DNA from: Candidatus Acidiferrum sp.
Lineage (GTDB): Bacteria; Acidobacteriota; Terriglobia; Acidiferrales; UBA7541
DNA: 64,000 nucleotides
Direction: 5' to 3'
Assembly: GCA_035314345.1 (NCBI GenBank)
Contig: DATFZQ010000068.1
Location: 7,765-71,764, forward strand
The notes below the pieces were generated by a model that was given only the letters and a program-made list of their open reading frames with translations, was not told the DNA's origin and did no database searches. Below are positions 38,018 to 48,305 of this stretch, piece by piece. A program made the position numbers and the translations under genes. Position 1 is the first letter of the stretch. Each line of letters starts with the position of its first letter.

Positions 38018-40192
38018 ATGCGCAATTGGATTCACACAGTTTGTGTCGTAATCATTCTCCTGGCAGGCCCGGGCGGCGCCTCGGCACAAACCTCCAGCCC
38101 GAAGCAAAAACTCACCATCGAACAGTTGGTCGACATAAAGCATCCATCAGATCCCATCTGGTCGCCTGACGGCAGGCACGTCGCGTTTGTCTGGGACCGC
38201 GCGGGCGTCGCCAATCTTTACGTCGCCAACGCCGACGGCAGCGGCTCGCCGAAGCCGTTCACTTCGTTCACCCAAGGCCAAGTCGAAGGCGCATTTTGGA
38301 GTGAAAATAGTGATCTCGTCTACTTTCCGCACGACGGCGATCTTTGGCAGGTCGCGGTGTCTGGTGGTGCTCCGAAGGCTGTCTGGAGCAAACCGGACCC
38401 GGGCAGCGGATATGTTCCCTCGCCCGATGGCAAGCGCGTTGCCTTCGTCCGCACCAACCCCGCGGGAAAGGAAGGCGCGTCGCGCTCGAGTGATCTGATT
38501 ATTCGCTGGTTCTCCGATGGCACCGAGGCAACCACGGCGCACGACGATGTCAACATTCGCGGCATTTTATGGTCTCCCGACGGTTTATCCATCGCTTATG
38601 CCGGCGGCTCCAAAATCATTCATCACGATGAATCGCCCTCTTATTCCGGAGCCAAAATCATCTATCGCGTCTCCGAATACGTCCCCGGCCAGATCTACGC
38701 CCTGAAGCTCGCGGACGCGAAACCCGTCCCCATCGCCAAGCCGGGGGAATACGGCGGATTGGCCTGGGTCGACAATGCGCACCTCGTCTTCGATGGCCAG
38801 TCCAGCGACTTTAAAAATTATTTTATCTACCTGGCTGACACCGCCTCCGGCGCCACAAAGACCATCCACGAAATCCACGAAGAAAAATTCTGGAGCATCC
38901 CTGACTGGGGCGAAGCAGGCGCGCAGCCGTGGCCCTCTCCCAATGGCAAGTGGATCGCTTTCCTGAGCGATGAAGACGGCTGGGACCATCTCTACGTGAT
39001 GCCGGCGTCTGGTGGAGACGCTTTCCAAATCACCAAAGGCAAGTTCGAAGCCTGGCGCCCCGCTTGGTCGCACGATAGTACGCGGATCGCCTTCGACGCC
39101 AACCTCGAGGACCGTCCTGGCGATCGCGTCCTCGGCATCGCAAAAATCGGCGATGATCCCGCGCACGCCGAAGTCACTTACATTCCCGCCACGCCGGGCA
39201 CAAACATAGAGCCGCATTGGTCCGAAGGCGACGGCCGCCTCGTCTATCAGCACACCGACACGCAGAACAGCGCCGATCTTTACACCATCGGCTCCAACCC
39301 CGGCGCGCCACCCGTGCGCCTCACCGATTCCATGCCCGCCGGTATGGATCGCTCGCAATTTGTCGAACCGCAATTCGTGCATTTTCCCGGACCCGACGGC
39401 CAACAAGTCCCAGGCTGGCTCTTTGTCCCCAAGAATCTGGATCGCACCAAAAAACATCCAGCGATCATGTGGATTCACGGCGATGGCGTAAATCAAAACT
39501 ACGACGGCTGGCACGTTCAACGAAACTACGCCGTCTACTACAGCATCCACCAATATTTTCTGCAGAAGGGCTACGTCGTCTTCGCGCCCGATTATCGCGG
39601 CAGCATCGGCTACGGCCGTGACTGGCGCACTGGCGTCTACATGGATGTCGGCGGCAAGGATGCCAAGGACGCCTGGATGGGCGCGAACTATCTAAAAACT
39701 CTTTCTTACGTTGACGCGGAGCGCATCGGCGTCTGGGGCTTGAGCTACGGCGGCTTCTTCACGCTCATCGCCATGACCGATCAACCCAAACTCTTCCGCG
39801 CAGGCGTGGACGTCGCTGGTGTCGCCGACTACGCCATGTATTATTCCGATCCCTACCACGGCGATTGGACCGCCAGCCGCATTGGCACTCCCGAACAAAA
39901 TCCGCAAGTCTATGCCAATGCTTCACCGCTTTCGCACATTGATCGACTCGAGCGGCCTTTGCTGGTTCTCCACGGCACCGCCGACGTAAATGTTCCGTTT
40001 CTCGAATCGGTCTGGCTGATGGACGAAGCTCTAAAGAAACACAAAGGCGACCTAATCTCTTTCATGATTTATCCCGGCGAGTTTCACTATTTCACGCGCG
40101 AACACGTGCTGCTGGACGCTTGGCACCGCGTCGACAACTTCTTCGACGCCAACTTGCGCGCCCCCGCCACAACCAAACCAAAGCCGAAGTGA
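38018..40192 (+). CDS. S9 family peptidase
   Basis: WSPDG propeller repeats, GLSYGG, HGTADVNV, YPGEFH. Confidence 0.9.
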   Translation: MRNWIHTVCVVIILLAGPGGASAQTSSPKQKLTIEQLVDIKHPSDPIWSPDGRHVAFVWDRAGVANLYVANADGSGSPKPFTSFTQGQVEGAFWSENSDLVYFPHDGDLWQVAVSGGAPKAVWSKPDPGSGYVPSPDGKRVAFVRTNPAGKEGASRSSDLIIRWFSDGTEATTAHDDVNIRGILWSPDGLSIAYAGGSKIIHHDESPSYSGAKIIYRVSEYVPGQIYALKLADAKPVPIAKPGEYGGLAWVDNAHLVFDGQSSDFKNYFIYLADTASGATKTIHEIHEEKFWSIPDWGEAGAQPWPSPNGKWIAFLSDEDGWDHLYVMPASGGDAFQITKGKFEAWRPAWSHDSTRIAFDANLEDRPGDRVLGIAKIGDDPAHAEVTYIPATPGTNIEPHWSEGDGRLVYQHTDTQNSADLYTIGSNPGAPPVRLTDSMPAGMDRSQFVEPQFVHFPGPDGQQVPGWLFVPKNLDRTKKHPAIMWIHGDGVNQNYDGWHVQRNYAVYYSIHQYFLQKGYVVFAPDYRGSIGYGRDWRTGVYMDVGGKDAKDAWMGANYLKTLSYVDAERIGVWGLSYGGFFTLIAMTDQPKLFRAGVDVAGVADYAMYYSDPYHGDWTASRIGTPEQNPQVYANASPLSHIDRLERPLLVLHGTADVNVPFLESVWLMDEALKKHKGDLISFMIYPGEFHYFTREHVLLDAWHRVDNFFDANLRAPATTKPKPK

Positions 40193-40248
40193 TTTCGCGC
40201 CTGCTCTGAAGTCATACAAGGCGGATCGGTTAAGATGCTTTGAACTCT

Positions 40249-41325
40249 TTAATGGCTTGGTTCGAGAATTAATTTCTGCACGCGCCAATTTAGGATTTCG
40301 CTCACGTACAACTCGCTCTCGGATGGGCAAGCGATTTCGTGGATCCATCCAAATTGCCCGAGCTGCTTCCCTGCTTTACCAAACATCCCGAGCACTTTCC
40401 CATCTAGGCTAAGTTTGTAAATCCGTCCAGGGAACGCATCGGAAGTGTACAGCACCTGCTTTGGCCCCGGCGTAATGCAAACGGTCCACGGCGCTCCTGG
40501 CGCCATCGTTCCGGCAGTCGTAGTTGGCTTATTGCCGATAGCCGCCTTCGCATCCGGAGGAGCCGGCACATCGATGGTCATCTGTCGCAAAAACTTTCCG
40601 TCACCATCGAAAACTTGTATGCGCCGATTCCCGCGGTCTGCCACGTAGACATTCCCCGCCGCATCCACAGCAATGCTGTGCGGCACGTTGAACTGCCCCG
40701 GCTGGTCGCCGGGCTCTCCCCAAGACTTCAACCAATTCCCATCCTTGTCGACTTTCGCCACGCGCGAATTAATATATCCATCGCTGATAAAAGCATTCCC
40801 AGCCGCGTCCCAAGCAACGTCCGTCACTTGCCGGAACATTCCGTCCACTGCAGGCAGTGGCGGCTTGACGTGTTTCAGAGGCCCTGTCCCTTCGTCGGAA
40901 GCTTCTTGCTTCCGCCCAAACACCATCACCACGCGCCCCTCGGGGTTGAACTTAATCACCATGTCAGACCCTTTGTCCGTGACCCAAATGTTGTCTTGTT
41001 TATCGACTTTGACGGCGTGCGCGAACGACCACGCATAAAGATTGTGTCCAATCTCTCGCACAAATTTTCCATCGGCATCAAACTCCAAAAGTTGCGCTCC
41101 ACTCGCCGCGTAGGCTGGCCCTGTAGAATTTCCGCGCGAAAAGACAAAAACGTGCCCCTTCGAATTCACCGCCACCCCAGCCACTTCTCCCAAATAGATG
41201 TCCGCTGGCAATTTCAGAAAGTCCGGAACAGAGATATAACGAATCTCCGGAGGCTGCTGCGCGAAAAGCTGCCCGGCCCCAAAAGGTAACAAGACAAAAA
41301 CAACTCTAAGAATGGTTCTTTTCAT
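40249..41325 (-). CDS. Peptidyl-alpha-hydroxyglycine alpha-amidating lyase family (NHL repeat)
   Basis: Signal peptide; AHAV, SDGYINSR, VPHSIA, ADRGNRRIQ, WIHEI. Confidence 0.8.
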   Translation of the reverse strand: MKRTILRVVFVLLPFGAGQLFAQQPPEIRYISVPDFLKLPADIYLGEVAGVAVNSKGHVFVFSRGNSTGPAYAASGAQLLEFDADGKFVREIGHNLYAWSFAHAVKVDKQDNIWVTDKGSDMVIKFNPEGRVVMVFGRKQEASDEGTGPLKHVKPPLPAVDGMFRQVTDVAWDAAGNAFISDGYINSRVAKVDKDGNWLKSWGEPGDQPGQFNVPHSIAVDAAGNVYVADRGNRRIQVFDGDGKFLRQMTIDVPAPPDAKAAIGNKPTTTAGTMAPGAPWTVCITPGPKQVLYTSDAFPGRIYKLSLDGKVLGMFGKAGKQLGQFGWIHEIACPSESELYVSEILNWRVQKLILEPSH

Positions 41326-41382
41326 TTGAATCACCTCGCCTCGTTGCGCCCCGCATCATACGCGCCTCGCCTCCCGAGCGCC

Positions 41383-41412
41383 AATTACCAGCGCCGAATT
41401 ACCAGCGCCGAA
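41383..41412 (+). repeat. 14-bp tandem duplication
   Basis: AATTACCAGCGCCG x2 (+AA). Confidence 0.8.
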
Positions 41413-41679
41413 GACAGCCAGGTGAATGCGACTCTTCTCCGCCCCACCAAGCCTGAACGGAGATTGACAGGAGCAGGTCGACCGCCCTATGGTTTTCCTT
41501 TGGACTTACGGCCCGAACCGAGTACCCAGCCAAGAGGCAATCAAGAGCGCAGCCGCAGTAGAAGTGGAGGTGCCCCTCCGGTTTGCTCGACTTTTCCCGA
41601 CCAGGCACGTGTTCGACCGCGAACTTTGCGAGGCTGCGAGGAAACACTCCCGCCGGCCAGAATTCGAAGGAGAATTCCA

Positions 41680-42678
41680 ATGAAAAAACAGGGGACCACG
41701 CTCGTATCTGTTCTTTTTTTTATCGGAGCAGCGCTGATTGCCTCGTGTGCGCAACCTCTTCACGAGGAAAACGAACGTTACGTGTTCGTGGCCACGAATA
41801 TTAACTTGCCTTACTGGCAGGAGGCTCAGGCTGGTTTCCTGGACTCGGCCAGAGCACTCGGTGTAAAGGCTGAACTCGTCGGTCCGGCGACCTACGATCC
41901 GGACGCTGAGGTCGGAATGTTCCGCCAAGTCGTGGAACAGAATCCCGCTGGAATCTGCCTTTCCGCGGCGCGCCACGCGATTTTCCAGGCGGAGATTGAC
42001 AAGGCCATTGCTCAGGGCATCCCGGTGATTTGCGTTGATTCGGATGTGCCGGATTCAAAGCGCATTCTGTACATCGGAACGGACAACTTCAAAGCCGGCA
42101 GAGAAAGTCTCAGACGTATGGCGGCGCTTGTCGATGGTAAAGGAAACATTGCGGTGATCACGATTTCGGGACAGCGTAACATCGACGATCGAGTGGCGGG
42201 CGTGGCGGACGCGCTGAAGAATTTTCCTGCTCTCAAGCTAACAAAGATCCTGGATGACAAGGGGGACGCGCGAAGCGCATTTGATCAGATCTCCGACCTC
42301 ATACAGAAGAAAGAAAAAATAGACGGTATTATTTGCTTGGAGGCGACAGGCGGTTCCGGCGCCGCCGGAGCGGTGCACCGTTTCAATTTGGATGGCAAGC
42401 TGCCCATCGTGGCCTTCGATAACGATCCGGAAACTCTTGATTGGATCGACCGCGGCGTCATCACCGCCACGATCACCCAAAAGCCATATGTCATGAGTTA
42501 CTACGGGCTGAAATTCCTCGACGACTTGCACCACAACGCAGTACATCAATTCAAAGATTGGCGCACCGCCCTTGCGCCGCCGATGCCTACGTCCGTGGAT
42601 ACGGGCACCGTGGCAGTGGACAAAAGCAATCTCAAGTTCTATCGCGAGGGTTTGGCCGAGCACCCCAAGCCACTTTAG
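41680..42678 (+). CDS. Orphan sugar-binding lipoprotein (periplasmic binding protein type 1)
   Basis: Lipobox IASC, LPYW, CVDSD..YIGTDN, AFD, TQKP; AAGGAG SD. Confidence 0.85.
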   Translation: MKKQGTTLVSVLFFIGAALIASCAQPLHEENERYVFVATNINLPYWQEAQAGFLDSARALGVKAELVGPATYDPDAEVGMFRQVVEQNPAGICLSAARHAIFQAEIDKAIAQGIPVICVDSDVPDSKRILYIGTDNFKAGRESLRRMAALVDGKGNIAVITISGQRNIDDRVAGVADALKNFPALKLTKILDDKGDARSAFDQISDLIQKKEKIDGIICLEATGGSGAAGAVHRFNLDGKLPIVAFDNDPETLDWIDRGVITATITQKPYVMSYYGLKFLDDLHHNAVHQFKDWRTALAPPMPTSVDTGTVAVDKSNLKFYREGLAEHPKPL

Positions 42679-42721
42679 CGATTGAATATTCTACGCGCGC
42701 CTTGATTGAGTTCTCCGGAAA

Positions 42722-43702
42722 TCAAAATGCGGACTTTGCCTCCGTTACATTTTGCTCGGCAATAGCAGCGGACGCGTCGTTGGTCGCCGTGACAGAACGC
42801 TTGGGGCGTTCGTCGACGCAGAGTTGGAAAATATCAGGCCGGGAATAGTGGCCGACGACATCGAAGTCGTACTTGCCGCGGATGATTTGGCGGAGATCGA
42901 TATCCGCGACGAGGATGGCTTCGCCTTCGGTGTTTGGTCCGGCAAGGAAATTCCCGAAGGGATCCACGATGCAGCTGCCGCCGCGGCAGATGACTGTGTC
43001 CGGATCGTTGCGGAAAGACGAGTGATAGTCGGCGGGAAAGTCGCGGCCCCGCTGGAACTGATTGCAGGAGAGGACGAAGCAGCGCCCTTCGACGGCGATA
43101 TGGCGGACAGTGGCCAGCCAGGAGTCACGCGCATCGGCAGTAGGCGCGCAGTAAAGCTCGATGCCCTTGGAATACATGGCGGTGCGCATCAGGGGCATGT
43201 AGTTCTCCCAACAAATCACAGCGCCGAGCTTGCCGAGCGGCGTTTCGAATACCGGCAGCGTGGAGCCGTCGCCGAAACCCCAGACGAGGCGCTCAGAGGC
43301 CGTGGGCATCAGTTTGCGGTGTTTGCCGAGGAAACTCCCATCCGGCGCGAAGAAGAGGACCGTGCAATAGAGACTGCCTCCATCGCGTTCGATGACGCCG
43401 ACCACGAGATAGATGTTGTTGGTGCGAGCGATGCGCGAGAGATGATCGACCGCCGGACCGGGTACGTCGATGCTGCTTTCCCAGTAGCGACGAAAATCTT
43501 CGCGTCCGGCATCCGTGCGCGAGCCAACGACCGCGCCGAAATCAAGGCCTCGCGGATAGGCGGAAACAAAGGCTTCCGGGAAAAGCACGAGTTGCGCGCC
43601 CTGCTGCGCGGCTTCGCGGGCCAGCGCGGAGAGTTTCTCCAGAGTGCGTTCGCGATCAAACACAACGGGAGAGGCTTGCACGACAGCGACTTTGTGACTC
43701 AT
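42722..43702 (-). CDS. Nitrilase (carbon-nitrogen hydrolase)
   Basis: [20 protein letters not shown] triad, GHYSRPD. Confidence 0.9.
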   Translation of the reverse strand: MSHKVAVVQASPVVFDRERTLEKLSALAREAAQQGAQLVLFPEAFVSAYPRGLDFGAVVGSRTDAGREDFRRYWESSIDVPGPAVDHLSRIARTNNIYLVVGVIERDGGSLYCTVLFFAPDGSFLGKHRKLMPTASERLVWGFGDGSTLPVFETPLGKLGAVICWENYMPLMRTAMYSKGIELYCAPTADARDSWLATVRHIAVEGRCFVLSCNQFQRGRDFPADYHSSFRNDPDTVICRGGSCIVDPFGNFLAGPNTEGEAILVADIDLRQIIRGKYDFDVVGHYSRPDIFQLCVDERPKRSVTATNDASAAIAEQNVTEAKSAF

Positions 43703-43740
43703 GGGATTGGGTCCTTCCCTGCCGTAATCGATTGGTGTGT

Positions 43741-44127
43741 TCAGCTGCCTGCTAAGGCCGCATATTGGACTTTTGTGAGCGGGACGACCGAAAGCCTTCC
43801 GATGCGCACCAGCGGTGAGTCGACAAACAGTTTGTTCGCCTTGATCTCCGCCAGCGTCATCGGCTTTGCGATCGCCTTTCCCACCTTGATCTTCACCTCT
43901 GGGGTTTTGGGATTCGAGGCGTCGACAGAGACCACAGTGGCCGTTCCCACCGCGCTCTTGTGATCACCGGTTTCGTAAATAATCAACCTCGAGCCGGGCT
44001 GCATCTCGCGAAGATTTCTTACCGCCGTGGGATTCGTTACGCCGTCCCAAATCGTGACGCCGTCTTTTTGCAAATCGGCAAACGAATATACGGTAGGCTC
44101 CGTTTTCAATAAATAGTCTGAAGGCAT
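43741..44127 (-). CDS. EVE domain protein
   Basis: [25 protein letters not shown]. Confidence 0.85.
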   Translation of the reverse strand: MPSDYLLKTEPTVYSFADLQKDGVTIWDGVTNPTAVRNLREMQPGSRLIIYETGDHKSAVGTATVVSVDASNPKTPEVKIKVGKAIAKPMTLAEIKANKLFVDSPLVRIGRLSVVPLTKVQYAALAGS

Positions 44128-44365
44128 AAAAACTCCCTGAATGGGCGATTCGAACCCGCCTATTCTACATGTTCACCAGTTCCCACGCTGTTCTTTGGCA
44201 AAAATTGACTAGCCGCGAGATTTCTCTTTTCGAATTCTCGACCGTCACTCTGCAAGGCAACTCCGCGATTCAACGCAACGAATCGTCTCGCTTGCCCGTG
44301 TCCCCCCGTTCTGGCACGATGCAAAGAACATCGCGGTGCACTTGGAAAACTCTCCGGAGGCAAAA

Positions 44366-45283
44366 ATGGCTGGCTTTTGCAGAAATTGTGGCAGCCCGTT
44401 GGATGATGGGCAGGGATTTTGCACTCGTTGCGGCACGCCAGCTTCTGGTCCGCCGGTTCGCTCCTCAGCAGCGCCTCTGCCGCCCGCTTCCAGTGCCTCG
44501 CCTGCGCAGCGCCCTCAAGCCGCGCCTCAGCCCGGGCCGCAAGCTCCTGCTCCCATGCCTCAAGCTGCCGGAGCCGCTCCTGCAAAATCCGGCAACACTC
44601 TCTTCAAAGTTCTCCTGGTTTTTCTCTTTGTGATTTTCCTTTTCGGCGCCATCGGAATCGCCGGCATTTGGTATGTCGCGCATCGTGTAAAACAGAAAGT
44701 TCATGAAATCGGATTGGACGATCTCTCCTCGGGAGCAAACGCGGCTCGCGGACCAGCCCTCGCCGGCATCGATCCGTGCAGCCTGCTTTCGAAAGCAGAC
44801 GTGGCCCAAGCCGTGAAGATGGACGTTGTCCGTTCCGAACGGCCCGAAGGAAGCGACGCCGGCTGCGAGTACAGCGTCATGGGGAATTATGTGGATCTGA
44901 TTGCTAAACATGCTTCGCTGCTCCACAAAGATGAAACCAATGAGTCTCAAAGGCAGATGATGGAATCGTTTGCAAAAGCGGTTGGTCATAGCAATGATTC
45001 CCAGCAAAGTGGCCCCAGGCATCCCGGCGAAGCGCCCGTCTTCATGCTTTCGGTGGACAATAACAGTGCTGCGGCTCAGATGAGCCTGAGCCGCGCAACC
45101 TTTGGCCGTATGGGCCCGGCGTTTACTCCGATTCCGTCCCTGGGGGACGACGCGTTCGACATCGCCAATGGAATGATGATGATTCGCAAGGGTGACAGAA
45201 TCGTTCGCATCATTTATATGATGTGTCCCTGTACCACGGATGATGTCGTTCCGCTTGCTCGAAAAATCGTCAGCAACATGTAA
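44366..45283 (+). CDS. Zinc-ribbon single-TM protein
   Basis: FCRNCG..FCTRCG, Pro-rich linker, TM helix, DPCSLLS extracytoplasmic domain. Confidence 0.8.
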   Translation: MAGFCRNCGSPLDDGQGFCTRCGTPASGPPVRSSAAPLPPASSASPAQRPQAAPQPGPQAPAPMPQAAGAAPAKSGNTLFKVLLVFLFVIFLFGAIGIAGIWYVAHRVKQKVHEIGLDDLSSGANAARGPALAGIDPCSLLSKADVAQAVKMDVVRSERPEGSDAGCEYSVMGNYVDLIAKHASLLHKDETNESQRQMMESFAKAVGHSNDSQQSGPRHPGEAPVFMLSVDNNSAAAQMSLSRATFGRMGPAFTPIPSLGDDAFDIANGMMMIRKGDRIVRIIYMMCPCTTDDVVPLARKIVSNM

Positions 45284-45325
45284 TTCCCTGTTCTGATCGA
45301 AACTACAAACACGGCCGAGGCAAAT

Positions 45326-46393
45326 CTATGGGGCTTTCGCGGCGACCACGCCGATGTCGGCGATGTTGTCCCCTTTTTTCAGCGAAGGGACCGCGTTCAC
45401 GTGGAGTATCACGCCAGCTGCGGGAGCCCGCGCTTCCAGAATGACCTTGCCAAAATAATCCGTCACGTGGCCAAGTATCATGCCTTCCTGAACGTACGTT
45501 CCGCGTTTGACGACCGGATACCAAATGCCTGGGCCATCCGAAATCACGTCGACGACTTTCCCCAGCCAAACCGGATTTTCGACAAAGTGCGGCTCGCCGG
45601 GAATCATTTTCAGATAACGCATCGTACTGAGCGTGCCGTTTACCAGCAGCGCCACGTCGTCTGATTCAACCGTTCCCGCGTGCCCTGCTTCCACAACGAT
45701 CGAAGGCTTGCCGCGGACAGAAGCAGTGTTGTCCAGATACCGGGTTGCAGTAGGATCGGTGGGACGCTCGCTCCAAATAATGATGTGATCGAGTCCGAAC
45801 GCGAGAACCATCTGCTTTGAAACGCGGTCCTGCGCTTCCTTCCCCACCGCTCCCCAATAGGCATACGGGCGCAGGCTTTCATCCAAATCGCCGCCATGGT
45901 AGTCGATCAAATAATCGCAGCGGTCCACCACTTCCTTGGTAATCATGAACAAGGCTCGGTCCGTTTGCGTCCCGTCCATTTTCCCGGGATAGAAGCGGTT
46001 CATGCTCTTGTTGTCGATGGGATTCACGTGCGGAACTTTTTGTTCGAACGAAAGGACATTCACCAGCGGAACAAGAATGACCGTGCCTGAAACCTGCGCA
46101 GGGTCAAGCTCGCCGATCAACTTTTCGACGGCGATAATCGAGACGTATTCCGTGCCGTGTGCGCCCGTAACGAGCGCGAGGACAGGCCCGGGCTTCGCGC
46201 CATTCACGACCACAACCGGAATGTTTGTCCCCGCGTCCGCACCCGCGGGCACTTCGATATAGCCGTTCGCTTTTTGCCCAGCAGGCGCTGTCGCCGTTCC
46301 AACCGTAAACGACCCCCGCTGCGCTGAAGTTAGAATGGGGAATGCCACCAGCATTGCTGCCGACGCGAGCGAAAAACGAAATGTGCGAAGCAT
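45326..46393 (-). CDS. Succinylglutamate desuccinylase/aspartoacylase (M14) family protein
   Basis: GAHGTE, MNRFYPG, IDYHGG, VEAG; signal peptide. Confidence 0.85.
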   Translation of the reverse strand: MLRTFRFSLASAAMLVAFPILTSAQRGSFTVGTATAPAGQKANGYIEVPAGADAGTNIPVVVVNGAKPGPVLALVTGAHGTEYVSIIAVEKLIGELDPAQVSGTVILVPLVNVLSFEQKVPHVNPIDNKSMNRFYPGKMDGTQTDRALFMITKEVVDRCDYLIDYHGGDLDESLRPYAYWGAVGKEAQDRVSKQMVLAFGLDHIIIWSERPTDPTATRYLDNTASVRGKPSIVVEAGHAGTVESDDVALLVNGTLSTMRYLKMIPGEPHFVENPVWLGKVVDVISDGPGIWYPVVKRGTYVQEGMILGHVTDYFGKVILEARAPAAGVILHVNAVPSLKKGDNIADIGVVAAKAP

Positions 46394-46554
46394 GAAGCCT
46401 CCTCGGAGCGAGTGAGCATAACGCGAGCGAAGAGGATCGGCAACTGCGGTTGCTGAATGGCGTTCGCTGCGGGGTTGAACGGAACGGGGCGTGGACGCGC
46501 TGGTGCGGTGATATGATTTCTGCCGCTGGGAAATTTTGCCTCCGGGAGTGTCGC

Positions 46555-47499
46555 ATGATTCTCGACCGAAGAAAGTTTTTGAAAACCGCCGCAGTGACGG
46601 GCGCGGCGGCGACCTTTGGCAACGTGGCTGCGTTCGATTTGGTTGCGGACACAAACGCTCCGGGTTCTTTCGATTTTGTTTTCTTCACCGACACGCACAT
46701 CGAACCGGAACTCGAGGCGCCCCACGGCTGCGACCTCTGCTTTAAAAAAATCGCCACGCTCAAACCGGAGTTCGCCATCATGGGCGGCGACCACGTCTAT
46801 GACGCAACGTCGGTAGGCGCCGAACGCGCCAACACGGTTTTCGATCTCTACAAAAAGACCGAGCAATCGCTGCAAATGCCCATTCACCACGCGATCGGCA
46901 ATCACGATCCCTTCGGAATCATCGCGAAGAGCGGCGTGCCGTCGAGCGATCCGGCTTACGGAAAGAAAATGTACGAGGATCGCATCGGAAAGACGTACTA
47001 CTCCTTCGATCACAAGGGCTATCACTTCGTGGTGCTTGATTCCATTCAGCCGACCGAAGACCGCTTGTGGGAAGCGCGTGTCGATGAAAAGCAAATGAGC
47101 TGGCTCGCGGAGGATCTCAAAAGCACGAGAGCGGGCACGCCTGTGATCGGCGTCGTTCACGTCCCCCTCGTGACGGCCTTCGGCACATTCGCCGCCGCGA
47201 CAATTCGTACCGGTAGCAAATACAACACGCTCACGGTTGCAAATGCGCCGGAAGTGCTTTCGGCATTTGAGGGACATAACGTCATCGCCGTGCTGCAAGG
47301 CCACACCCACATAAACGAAATCGTGGAATACAAAAACACAAAGTTCATTACCAGCGGCGCCGTCTGCGGTAACTGGTGGCACGGTCCGCGCATGGGAGTT
47401 CCCGAAGGGTTCACCGTCGTCAGTTTGCACGAAGGCAAAATCACCACGCGCTACGAAGCATCCGGCTTTCAAAGCGTGGACGTCCGAGAAAAATTCTGA
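46555..47499 (+). CDS. Tat-exported metallophosphoesterase
   Basis: DRRKFLK, DTH, GGD, GNHD, GHTH. Confidence 0.88.
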   Translation: MILDRRKFLKTAAVTGAAATFGNVAAFDLVADTNAPGSFDFVFFTDTHIEPELEAPHGCDLCFKKIATLKPEFAIMGGDHVYDATSVGAERANTVFDLYKKTEQSLQMPIHHAIGNHDPFGIIAKSGVPSSDPAYGKKMYEDRIGKTYYSFDHKGYHFVVLDSIQPTEDRLWEARVDEKQMSWLAEDLKSTRAGTPVIGVVHVPLVTAFGTFAAATIRTGSKYNTLTVANAPEVLSAFEGHNVIAVLQGHTHINEIVEYKNTKFITSGAVCGNWWHGPRMGVPEGFTVVSLHEGKITTRYEASGFQSVDVREKF

Positions 47500-47686
47500 A
47501 GCCACAGAGGCGAATTGCAGCTATTCCTGAATGTTGCATCTGGAGCAAATCATTCCCAGGAATAATCTTTCTGGACTGTCCTCAGCGATAAACTGTTCCT
47601 AGATGTTGCACTCTTAGTGCTGGTTTGGCTCCTCCCTCCGTCAGACCTCCCTCTTGGCACCAACGCTTGGAAAGCGGCGCCCAGCT

Positions 47687-48229
47687 ATGCCCGAAGAACG
47701 CCAAAAAGCCGGAAGCACCGCTGTAGTCGCACCGTCTGCAACGCAGCGTACTCACCCTCGTTACCAATTCACGGCGACAGCGGAGGCGCTCGATGCCCAA
47801 CACCGCTTGCGAATGAACGCGCGCACCAGCGATTTGGGAAAAGGGGGATGTTATGTGGATACGTTCAGCCCTTTTCCGATGAAAACTGGCCTGAAGTTGC
47901 GCATCACGAAAGAAAAAATCTCCTTCGAGGCCGAAGCCACCGTCGTGTACTCAAAAATGGGCATGGGCATGGGGCTGGCGTTCACTTCCATCGACCCGCA
48001 GCAGATGGGTGTTTTGGAAAAATGGCTAGGTGAATTGAGCGGTTCGACGCCGAGCGAGTTGTCAGTGATACACGAGCACCCGAACAGTCCGAGTAATGGC
48101 GGTACTGCCAAAGAGCCTGGGTACGTTTTGAATGACCTGATTGTCGCCTTAATGCGCAAAGGCACGCTAAGCGAAGAACAAGGCAGGACCATGCTTTTGC
48201 GCCTCGTTCATCGCGATTTCCGGCCTTAA
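47687..48229 (+). CDS. PilZ domain protein
   Basis: QRTHPR (RxxxR) and DLGKGG motifs, GMGLAF. Confidence 0.8.
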   Translation: MPEERQKAGSTAVVAPSATQRTHPRYQFTATAEALDAQHRLRMNARTSDLGKGGCYVDTFSPFPMKTGLKLRITKEKISFEAEATVVYSKMGMGMGLAFTSIDPQQMGVLEKWLGELSGSTPSELSVIHEHPNSPSNGGTAKEPGYVLNDLIVALMRKGTLSEEQGRTMLLRLVHRDFRP

Positions 48230-48305
48230 TAATTTCTGGACCGCAGCCAGGAACCCTCGCCATTTGTGTTGTGCAAATTCGAGGCGCTGCCTTTTCAGGC
48301 TTGAA

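Noticed and set aside
42752-43963. Long antisense ORFs (also 25025..25930, 38585..39553, 46330..47505, 48648..49718)
   Set aside because: Shadows of well-supported genes, expected in GC-rich DNA
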